A DNA stretch of 64,000 nucleotides. Source: Verrucomicrobiia bacterium. Lineage in GTDB: Bacteria; Verrucomicrobiota; Verrucomicrobiia; Limisphaerales; UBA1319. The stretch's first letter is position 1. Each line of letters starts with the position of its first letter. The position numbers and the translations under genes were made by a program. The stretch covers positions 5,408,001 to 5,472,000 of the forward strand of contig OY760937.1 of NCBI GenBank assembly GCA_963664225.1, given 5' to 3'. Positions 56,309 through 64,000 of the stretch are shown here, in pieces. The notes beneath the pieces were generated by a model. It did not search any database, was not told the DNA's origin, and saw nothing but the letters and a program-made list of their open reading frames with translations.

Positions 56309-56776
56309 ATGACCGATTCCTTCGAATTCATCAGCCCCAGCGACAAACCCGCATTGCTTGGCTTAAGCACGATGGAGTGGCTGGTCAAGTGCAGGACCGA
56401 TCTGACGGATCTGGGTTACAAGGTGCATGTCGCGGTGGACCATGAGGATTTCCTGAGCCGGTTTAACCGCGCCCAATATCAGGTGGTGGTTCTCGAACGA
56501 CTGTTCGCATCCCCGACCCAGGAGGATAACCAATCACTGGGATCGCTTCAGCGATTAAGCGCAGCCCAGCGGCGGCATTCGGTCATCGTCCTGCTGGGCG
56601 ACGGGCTGCAAAGTCTGAATCCTTTTCAAGCTTTCCAATTCAGCGTTCATGCCGTGATCAACCGTTCGGAGCTGGATAGTTTCAAGCCGATCGTCCAGCA
56701 GATCGTTGCGGAAAACGATTTGTTTTTGCAGGTGTTCCGCGATGCCATGCAACAAATCAGCGCCTGGGGTAAATAG
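56309..56776 (+). CDS. Hypothetical receiver-like alpha/beta protein in the pilT operon
   Basis: Starts 4 nt after the previous stop; LGYKVHVA...QYQVVVL pattern resembles a degenerate receiver. Confidence 0.6.
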   Translation: MTDSFEFISPSDKPALLGLSTMEWLVKCRTDLTDLGYKVHVAVDHEDFLSRFNRAQYQVVVLERLFASPTQEDNQSLGSLQRLSAAQRRHSVIVLLGDGLQSLNPFQAFQFSVHAVINRSELDSFKPIVQQIVAENDLFLQVFRDAMQQISAWGK

Positions 56777-56917
56777 CCGCGGCGCGCGCGATTTTCAGCC
56801 AGGCGGAAATATTGGCCTCCTTCAAATGTTCGCAGTTGCGCCGTTATTCTCGAGCGCAATTGTGTGGTTGCGGTTGATGCAGCCGTTGGATGATGGAAAG
56901 AGTTCCACCAGCCTGCA

Positions 56918-59900
56918 CTACAGTTTGGAACCGCCCAGGATTTGCCGCGCTTCCGTGGCGAAGGAGGCGTTTGGATCGATGGCCAGGGCTTTCCGCAAGG
57001 ATTCAGCGCTTTCCTTTTTCTGCTTGAGCTGGTTCTGAGCCAGCCCGAGGTTGAAAAAGACTTCGGCATCGTTGGTGCGCTTGCGGGCGCTATCCTGGAG
57101 CAGCCTTGCGGCATAACCATAGTCACCGTGGCGATAAGCGATGATTCCAATGGCCTTGGCCACCTCGGGATCGTCTGGATAGGCATCGCGAATGCGACCG
57201 GCCAGTTCAAAACCTTTTCCTGTATCGGCCGGGTTTTGAGCATAAATGAGAATGAGGCTGCGGGCCGCAGGGGTGAAGAGGGGGAATTTTGACGTTATGC
57301 GCTCGTAAATGGACCGAGCGACTGCGGCTTGTCCCTGGGCATCGGCGATGACGGCCGACGCCATGAGGGCAGGAAGATCGTCGGGACTGGCTTTGAGAAC
57401 ATCCTGCACCCAGGCTGAATATTGGGCAGCCTCGGCGGGATGAGCGACCACATTCAACGCGGAGAGGAATTGTTTGGCCCCGTCGAGATGGCCGGAAGCG
57501 GCGCCGGATTGGGCCACGGCCTGCATGAGAGCCAGCGCATCGGCTACGCGTCCCAGATGGTAAGTGGCCAGCGCCAGATAGTAGTTGATCCCGGGATTAT
57601 TGGGACGCTGACGGGCGCTTTCAGAAAGCAGGCTGAAGGCCCATTTGGCATCGCCGGTTTCATAAGCCAAAATGCCAAGGGCGAGTGTGATCTCCTGATT
57701 ATTGGGATCGATATTGCGGGCATTTTTGGCCAGTTCCATCGCCCTGGCCGGATTATTCAAATGATCGGCGTAAAGGTGGGCCAGACGAATCATCGGCGCA
57801 GCGTCTTTGGGGTTTTCCTGAATTGCGGCTTCGTACGTCGATTGGGCGCTGGAATTGTTGGTGTTCCGTTCGTAAAGTTGACCCAATTGAAGAGAGGCGG
57901 CGACCGCCTTTGGGTTTAGTTTAATAATGCGTCGATATGCGTCCTCAGCCTTGTCCATGGCCCCTTTTCTCTCGTAGGCCAGGCCGATCTGGATGAGGTT
58001 GGTCACGGCATTTGGTTTCGTGGCCAGCATCTTTTCATAAGCGGCTTGCGATTTGTCCAAGGCTCCGGAACGTTCGTAGAGGTCGGCAAGCCTGGTCAGA
58101 ACGATGGGATCGGAGCGTTGCCCGGCGTATCGTTTCTCGAGTTCCGCAATGGCTTGATCCACGTTTTGCGCAGGATCGAATGTCAGCAATGCCAGGCGTT
58201 GGCGGGTCTCTTCCCGACCGGGAAACTCCCGATTTTCCTTGAGGGCACGCTCGAAAGCGGTGCGGGCGGGGATTTCTTCTCCCATCATATAATGAGCCAT
58301 TCCGTTGTGGTATTGGACTTCCGGCTCGTTGACCAGCCTGGGCGCGCTTTCGTCCAGCAGTGCAGCGGCCTGCACATAGTCGCCTTTCTTAAACAGAATC
58401 CATCCCAAAGTATCCGCTGTGTAAGGGTCCGTGGGAAGCAATGCGCGGGCCCTGGCGGCCAGCGAGAGTGCTTTTTCGGGTTGAGTGAATTTTTCGGAAT
58501 ACAAATAGGCAAGGTTGTTAAGGGCAGGGGTGAAACCGGGATTGATGTTCAGGATGGTTTCATACATGTCCCGTGCCTGGTCGGGGTGTGCCATGGTTTC
58601 GTGAATCATGGCGATTTGCAGCATGGCCGAGAGATCGTTGGTCCTGCGGGCCAGGATGATTTGAAGCTTTTCGAGGGCCAGTTGCGGTTTGTGCTGCGAA
58701 ATGAACAACTGCGAGAGGGCCATGTAAGCCGGGCGATAATTGGGCTGGTTGTCGATGATCTTCAGCAACAGGGCTTCGGCTTGTGCGTTCGCGCCCTGGG
58801 CCAACTGGATTTGCGCCAGCAGGAACTGAGGCTCCGGCGCGGCGGGATTGGCGGCGATTTCCTTTTGCACCCTTTGGCTGGCTGCGGCATGTTGCTTATC
58901 CTGGATGTCCAATTCCACCAGTTTTTCGAGCGTGCGAATGTAGTGGGGATCGCGCGCGAGGCTCGATTCATATTGCTGGCGCGCTTCGGCGAATTTGCCC
59001 GATTTTTGCAGGGCGATTCCCGCCAGAAATCCCGGTTCAGGATTTTTTGGGAACGCGGCAGCCATTTGACGGAAGAGAGCTAAAACGTCATCGCTTGCGC
59101 CGCGCATGTTATAGGCGTCTGCGAGCAAGAGGTAGGCGCGAGGGATCTGATCGTTTTTCTTGAGCAGGGCGCGCAATGAGGCAATGGCGGATGCGGAATC
59201 CCCTCGTTCCATGGCAATTTGAGCCATTAGGATGGTTACATCGGCGTAGTTTGGATCCAGGTTCAAGGCCTGGGTCAGGCTGGTTTGGGCCCTTGCGCGG
59301 TCATTGTTTCGGCGGTATGCCGCCGCGAGTTCAAACCGCACTTGGGGAGTTTGCGGATAAAGGGCGGCCATTTTTTCAAATTCCTCGATGGCTCTGGCCG
59401 GTTCGTTTTGGGCGGTTTTCAGGCGTCCCTTCAACAGCATGGCATCATAATTCATTCCGTCGCGAGTGAGGATCTTTTGCAGCAACGCGGCGCAGGAATC
59501 ATAATGGCGCTCCACAAACGAAATTTCCGCCAGGAAATTCATGGCGGGAAGATAATCCGGGGCTTTGTCGGTGATTTCCCGTAGAATTCTTTTGGCCTCG
59601 TCAATATACCCGGTGCGCAATTTAAATTCAGCGTATTTGAGGCGTCTGGCGGATTTGAGGGGTGAGAGGTCCGCCGCGGTTTTGAATGAACGGTCCGCGT
59701 TGGTGAGATCCTCGCGCATCCAGTATAAGTTGCCCAAGGCCGCATGCACGGCTGCGTTTTTTGGCTCCATTGCCAGAGCCTGGTTAAATGACGCCTCGGC
59801 GGATTTTACGTCCTGCTGCCGGAGGCTCAGGTTGCCCATGGCCAGGAGGAAGGCGGCCTGTTTGCCAGCCTGCGGAGCCAGCTTAAGCAGGCTTTGGCGT

Positions 59901-60343
59901 GTCTCTTCCAATTCTTTTGGAGTGACTGCGGCATCGACCAGCATGAGGATGGCTTCCTGATTGGCGGGCTCTTTGGATAATACAAAGGATGCATCCTCCC
60001 GGGCTTCCTTGAATTTGCGCGCGGCAAAATAGACAAGCCCCCGGCGGAGACGGGCTTCGACGTTATTTGTGTTTTGCCTGAGCAGTTCGCCGTAGAAGGC
60101 GAAGGCACGGGGCATGTCGCCGCGTTCGAAGTAAATCCGGCCCAGTTGTCGAACCGCCAATGGATCCGCTCCCGCAAGCTGGATCACGGATAAATACTCG
60201 ATTTCCGCCTTGTCCAATTCATTGACTTGAAAATATTTGTCTGCGTTTCGAAGATGGCGCTCCTTTTTGGCTGATTTGGAACAGCCCATCCCTGATGACA
60301 ACAAGCCAACGATTAATAGGAAGGTGAACAGTCGGGATCCCAT
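56918..60343 (-). CDS. Large TPR lipoprotein, PrsT-like
   Basis: Lipobox-like SGMGC; about 1100 aa of TPR; ALNNLAYLY...TADTLGWIL...VQYHNG typical of this class. Confidence 0.8.
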   Translation of the reverse strand: MGSRLFTFLLIVGLLSSGMGCSKSAKKERHLRNADKYFQVNELDKAEIEYLSVIQLAGADPLAVRQLGRIYFERGDMPRAFAFYGELLRQNTNNVEARLRRGLVYFAARKFKEAREDASFVLSKEPANQEAILMLVDAAVTPKELEETRQSLLKLAPQAGKQAAFLLAMGNLSLRQQDVKSAEASFNQALAMEPKNAAVHAALGNLYWMREDLTNADRSFKTAADLSPLKSARRLKYAEFKLRTGYIDEAKRILREITDKAPDYLPAMNFLAEISFVERHYDSCAALLQKILTRDGMNYDAMLLKGRLKTAQNEPARAIEEFEKMAALYPQTPQVRFELAAAYRRNNDRARAQTSLTQALNLDPNYADVTILMAQIAMERGDSASAIASLRALLKKNDQIPRAYLLLADAYNMRGASDDVLALFRQMAAAFPKNPEPGFLAGIALQKSGKFAEARQQYESSLARDPHYIRTLEKLVELDIQDKQHAAASQRVQKEIAANPAAPEPQFLLAQIQLAQGANAQAEALLLKIIDNQPNYRPAYMALSQLFISQHKPQLALEKLQIILARRTNDLSAMLQIAMIHETMAHPDQARDMYETILNINPGFTPALNNLAYLYSEKFTQPEKALSLAARARALLPTDPYTADTLGWILFKKGDYVQAAALLDESAPRLVNEPEVQYHNGMAHYMMGEEIPARTAFERALKENREFPGREETRQRLALLTFDPAQNVDQAIAELEKRYAGQRSDPIVLTRLADLYERSGALDKSQAAYEKMLATKPNAVTNLIQIGLAYERKGAMDKAEDAYRRIIKLNPKAVAASLQLGQLYERNTNNSSAQSTYEAAIQENPKDAAPMIRLAHLYADHLNNPARAMELAKNARNIDPNNQEITLALGILAYETGDAKWAFSLLSESARQRPNNPGINYYLALATYHLGRVADALALMQAVAQSGAASGHLDGAKQFLSALNVVAHPAEAAQYSAWVQDVLKASPDDLPALMASAVIADAQGQAAVARSIYERITSKFPLFTPAARSLILIYAQNPADTGKGFELAGRIRDAYPDDPEVAKAIGIIAYRHGDYGYAARLLQDSARKRTNDAEVFFNLGLAQNQLKQKKESAESLRKALAIDPNASFATEARQILGGSKL

Positions 60344-60492
60344 GCCTGGATTCTATCGGAAATCGTGGATCGGGTCAAAAAAAATGCGAGTTACCGCACC
60401 GAACGAGCGCCGCAGTTTTTCCGGGGGTTCTGATTTTTTTGACTTGCGCCGAAAATAGGGGGCTGTCAGATTATGCGCGTTGGCAGCGAAGT

Positions 60493-60567
60493 GCGCGCTT
60501 AGCTCAGTGGTAGAGCATTACCTTCACACGGTAGGGGTCGCAGGTTCAAGCCCTGCAGTGCGCACCA
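60493..60567 (+). tRNA. tRNA-Val (anticodon CAC)
   Basis: Acceptor GCGCGCT/AGTGCGC, D arm GCTC/GAGC, anticodon arm TTACC-TTCACAC-GGTAG, T arm GCAGG-TTCAAGC-CCTGC, encoded CCA. Confidence 0.97.
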
Positions 60568-60578
60568 TTTCTCCCGGA

Positions 60579-62276
60579 TCAGCGTTTTTCTTTTCCAATC
60601 AGATCCCCGAAGTCCGGCAGCAAATCGTATTTTTTCAACCAGGGCGTGTACATGAATCCGCGCACTCCGGGAATGTCTTTGGACTGTTCCAGCCAACCCT
60701 TTACGTCGTTCAGGTTGTCCGCGTCGTAGTAGCAGGCGGCCAGCGTGGAGAAGCCCTGTTCGGCAAAGAATTTGAGGCTCTTGGGACGCGGTTCACCGCT
60801 CCATACCGCCATCACCAGGTCTTTTGGGATATGGTTCCATGAACCGGTGAAATCGCCGGACACCAGGTAGTAATTTCGGTGGGCGTTATGGCCGGGATCG
60901 AACATGTCCGACCAGACATAAATTTGAGCGCCCGGGAAATGGCGCTTGAGGATTTCGCACTGTCGAGTCAAACATTGCCCCAAGAGTTCTCCCATATTTT
61001 TGCCCGCGCAGACCTGACAGGTTCCGCCCATGCGGATTTCGTCCATATTCAGTAGGAAACGGTGTGGCTTGAGATGTTTTGCCATGAGCGCGGCCTCGTG
61101 GTCGAATATTTCAAAAAGCTCAGGTTCGGCCATGCATACGGTGATCTGGCCGTCGTAAATAATTTCTGGATGATACCAGCTTATTTTCAGGTTTTGATTG
61201 TTGGTAATGCGGCTTCCCGACGGTATCTGGAGCGAGGCAGGTTCGTGGTTGGGGCGATAGAGGCTGAAATTCCGATCTTTCAATGGCGCATAATCCTTAC
61301 CCACGGTGTAAGTGACCGTGCCGTCTTCATTGCGCACGGTAACGGGCGTGCCCGGGCGGTTGAGGACATTGACAGGTCCAACCTCTTCAAGAGACCAATC
61401 GTCCAGCCAGAGTCGGCCAGATTTCGCGCCCCAGACGCCCGCATAGAGATTGGCCCGGTCAAATTCGAGGGTGTTAAAAACGGTCGTTATCTCGCGCCAT
61501 GCGGTCGTGGCGGGAAGATTGAAGCTGCGCGGCGCGATTTCCCGGTCCTTTGCCAGGAGGGTCATCTGGAAGGCGTTGGCAGGGGTCAACCCGTCCGTTT
61601 TCACCCAAAGGCGCAATCGATAACAACGATGCGGGATTAATTTGATTTCCTGCATCACCCGGCCGTGGCCGTGGGGGTTGGCGGTGAAATTTTCGAGCCG
61701 CAACGAGGCGCTGCCGCCATGGACGGTTTGGGTGTCGATAAAGCTCACCGTGCCGGGTTGATCGTGAAAATTGAAGCTTTTGAGACTTTGTGCTGTGTAA
61801 GATTCAAAGCCGCCATTGGCGATTTTAATCGATTCAGCAGGTTGAAAGAGCGCCACGCCATTGGAGACGACGAATGGGGCGTTCTCGACGGCCAACCCTT
61901 CTGCCAGGTGTGGATTATGGGCCAGGGCCCCACCGCCATAACCGACGGAGAACAGGCTGGGAATAAGTTCCAAGTGGTTCTGATCGCATGCTTTTTGAAG
62001 GGCCTCCAACCGTGTGAAATATTCCGGCGACTTTTTGCACAATGTGTCCATGTCCGCCGAAAGCACCGCGCCATTAAGGCCATGGGCTGCAGCAGTTTTG
62101 ATAAGGTTGGTCATGGATGCGAGATCGGCATCGCCATCCAGACTCCAGCCAAACACCCAGACAAAGCGGTCGGCGTAGGGTCGGCTTGTATTCAGTGTTT
62201 GGGCTTCCAGCGTGAATCCGGCCAATAAAAGAAAAGCAAGAGGAGACGCAAGCCGGGTCAGGAATGGTGTCTTCAT
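60579..62276 (-). CDS. Secreted glycoside hydrolase-like protein with CBM4/9-like insert and GH20-like DE motif
   Basis: Signal peptide; LELIP, IANGGFE CBM start, LNMDEIR, VWSDM, GFMYTPW. Confidence 0.65.
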   Translation of the reverse strand: MKTPFLTRLASPLAFLLLAGFTLEAQTLNTSRPYADRFVWVFGWSLDGDADLASMTNLIKTAAAHGLNGAVLSADMDTLCKKSPEYFTRLEALQKACDQNHLELIPSLFSVGYGGGALAHNPHLAEGLAVENAPFVVSNGVALFQPAESIKIANGGFESYTAQSLKSFNFHDQPGTVSFIDTQTVHGGSASLRLENFTANPHGHGRVMQEIKLIPHRCYRLRLWVKTDGLTPANAFQMTLLAKDREIAPRSFNLPATTAWREITTVFNTLEFDRANLYAGVWGAKSGRLWLDDWSLEEVGPVNVLNRPGTPVTVRNEDGTVTYTVGKDYAPLKDRNFSLYRPNHEPASLQIPSGSRITNNQNLKISWYHPEIIYDGQITVCMAEPELFEIFDHEAALMAKHLKPHRFLLNMDEIRMGGTCQVCAGKNMGELLGQCLTRQCEILKRHFPGAQIYVWSDMFDPGHNAHRNYYLVSGDFTGSWNHIPKDLVMAVWSGEPRPKSLKFFAEQGFSTLAACYYDADNLNDVKGWLEQSKDIPGVRGFMYTPWLKKYDLLPDFGDLIGKEKR

Positions 62277-62314
62277 GTTCCGAACATAGCTGAATGGCCG
62301 ACTGTAATGGAAAT

Positions 62315-62342
62315 AAAAAAAAGGCCCACTCGAAAGTGGGCC
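62315..62342 (-). terminator. Rho-independent terminator after the prepilin-like gene
   Basis: Minus strand GGCCCACT-TTCG-AGTGGGCC-TTTTTTTT. Confidence 0.88.
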
Positions 62343-62368
62343 GCTGTTGTTAAAAATTAATCAAACGA

Positions 62369-63232
62369 TTATTGCCGTTCGCTCGTGCGATCCACCACCC
62401 ACCTCCAATCCCGCTGAATGCCTTGGGTGATTCTGGCCGGGGAGTAGTCTGCATATTTAACCGGTTCTGCGGTTCCCGGGTCCAACCACTTGTGAATTTC
62501 CGCATGACCGTCTGCAAAGACAAAGAATCCAGCCCGATTGTGGAATGATCCGGGCAAGTCAACAAACTGAGTGGTTGTAACATTCACAAAGAAACAACCA
62601 TCATTAATGCTATCGCTTTGCTCATCAAGGAAAACCCACGCTTTGACGGGAGCCAGTTTCTTCATGTCTGTCATTTTCTTATATATGGTGTGGGAGGTTC
62701 CATACCAATTTTTGTCGTTGCCGTCTCCCATGCAGGAATTCATGGAAATACTACGCACACGTTGCGACCAACCCAAAGTGCGCTGAGCCTGTGATACAAA
62801 TTTGTCAGCGGGGCATTTGTAAATCTGTTTGGATTTAGCAGAGTATTTGGAGAGCTTGCCCCATCTTTCATTGATGAGAAAATTGTAATTCGTGTTGTCC
62901 TGACGCGCTGTCCAATCCATCCATCCAGAGCACCAGCTAGTGTTGTTGACACCACCTTGGGCATCGCCGCCGTGATGGTTTTCAACCAGCATGCCGTTAT
63001 AATCGTCGGAATACATCATCCACGCCAGTCCGAGCTGCTTGCCGTTGTTCATGCAGAACACGCCCTGAGTCTTGGATTTGGCTTTGGAGAGCGCTGGCAA
63101 AAGCATGCCCGCCAGAATGGCGATGATGGCAATGACCACCAGTAGTTCGATTAGGGTGAATCCTTTCACCGCCATCCTCCGGGCGGCTCTGGGACTCCAC
63201 TGTTTGACTTCAGATACTTTCATACTCAGCAA
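62369..63232 (-). CDS. Prepilin-type N-terminal cleavage/methylation protein with H-X9-DG motif
   Basis: [49 protein letters not shown]. Confidence 0.92.
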   Translation of the reverse strand: MLSMKVSEVKQWSPRAARRMAVKGFTLIELLVVIAIIAILAGMLLPALSKAKSKTQGVFCMNNGKQLGLAWMMYSDDYNGMLVENHHGGDAQGGVNNTSWCSGWMDWTARQDNTNYNFLINERWGKLSKYSAKSKQIYKCPADKFVSQAQRTLGWSQRVRSISMNSCMGDGNDKNWYGTSHTIYKKMTDMKKLAPVKAWVFLDEQSDSINDGCFFVNVTTTQFVDLPGSFHNRAGFFVFADGHAEIHKWLDPGTAEPVKYADYSPARITQGIQRDWRWVVDRTSERQ

Positions 63233-63649
63233 TGGTTAATCTGTTGGTTGTTATGGCTTCGACCCCAAATTAAGAAAATTCAGCCAAGTCGTCAATACCC
63301 TTAACGGCTGCGCTTCTCAGCTTGGTGGCCTCATTCCTACATAATCTCGACAAATCGCGGCATTTGAGAAGTGTGTGTCTGATGGCACACCCAGCGAGGT
63401 TTTTGGGTATTTATAAGGCGGGTCCAGTGGGGGATCAAAACAGCGAGTCCCCGGCTTTCTGAGATATTGCGAACGCGCGGATTCAGATGGGGGCGGTTCT
63501 GTGGGGCGAAAAGGGGCCGTCCGGCGATGTGCTTGGGGGCCTGCAATGGATTGCGGGGCCATTTTATGTTTGTTTTTTGTTCCGCCAATCGACATAAAAC
63601 CCCCGCCCACAGCACCAATCGGCTGGGGGAGACAACTTTTCGAGGTGGA

Positions 63650-64000
63650 ATGCGGTTTTTAATGCTCAATTGGCGGGATCCGGTGAATCCACGCTCCGGC
63701 GGGGCGGAGCGGGTGACGCACGCGTATTTATCCGATCTGGCGCGACGCGGGCATGAAGTCTATTGGTTTGCGCCGATGTTTCCCGATGGACAGGCGGAAG
63801 AGGATCTGGATGGGATTCGGATCGTGCGTGAGGGCCAGATTGGGTGGTCGATTGCCGCTGCCCGGCGTTGGTGCCAGGCGCAGGCGCCTTTCGATCTGGT
63901 GATGGATCAGCATCATGGCATCCCGTGGTATGCCCCATGGTGGTGCAAGACCCGCTGCGTGGCGTATATCCACGAGGTGCTTGGGCCGATCTGGAACGCC
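63650..64000 (+). CDS. Glycosyltransferase family 4, N-terminal part (runs off the window; absent from the ORF track)
   Basis: GAGGTGG RBS; MRFLMLNWRDPVNPRSGGAERVTH...GHEVYW...DGIRIVR...HGIPW...YIHEV. Confidence 0.88.
   Translation, partial: MRFLMLNWRDPVNPRSGGAERVTHAYLSDLARRGHEVYWFAPMFPDGQAEEDLDGIRIVREGQIGWSIAAARRWCQAQAPFDLVMDQHHGIPWYAPWWCKTRCVAYIHEVLGPIWNA

Noticed and set aside
60374..60443. GTCAAAAAAAAT...ATTTTTTTGAC inverted repeat between the PrsT-like gene and the tRNA
   Set aside because: Most simply two divergent -35 elements with A/T tracts; too low in complexity to call an element.
63317..63973. Minus-strand ORFs near the window end
   Set aside because: No motifs; those beyond 63650 are antisense to the partial GT4 gene.
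60493..64000. tRNA-Val as a possible island integration site
   Set aside because: No integrase or duplicated tRNA 3' end seen; downstream genes look typical of the host.

Overview
Bacterial chromosomal window with no mobile element or CRISPR array visible. Gene content (H-X9-DG prepilin-like protein, planctomycete-type cytochrome c domain, GYF_2 membrane protein, Tat-exported TIM-barrel isomerase) points to the PVC superphylum, most likely Pedosphaera-like Verrucomicrobia (inference). Housekeeping genes: ppdK, ispH, uvrA, ruvA, ruvC, two pilT-family ATPases, tRNA-Val(CAC). Surface and carbohydrate genes: a tandem array of at least 3 large beta-propeller paralogs, an SGNH esterase, Ig-repeat, TPR and glycoside hydrolase proteins. 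PEP-CTERM/EPS components are scattered across the window (prsK, prsR, PrsT-like, EpsI-like, Wza, nucleotide-sugar dehydrogenase, GT4). Most notable observations: (1) a single ORF fusing a degenerate Wzc to a Wza-like module through an internal signal-like helix, behind a consensus sigma-54 promoter with two 17-bp TGTAA-N7-TTACA boxes and a structured leader of about 390 nt; (2) an MtrAB-like pair whose porin carries its own N-terminal monoheme cytochrome domain; (3) a C-terminal module shared by unrelated secreted proteins, a candidate sorting signal; (4) Thr-Asn dipeptide enrichment in many exported proteins; (5) a candidate wHTH/membrane-protein regulon with a shared operator upstream of ispH; (6) a LarA-family epimerase coupled to a sugar-acid SDR. 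All family calls are from motif recognition by eye; no database search was run.
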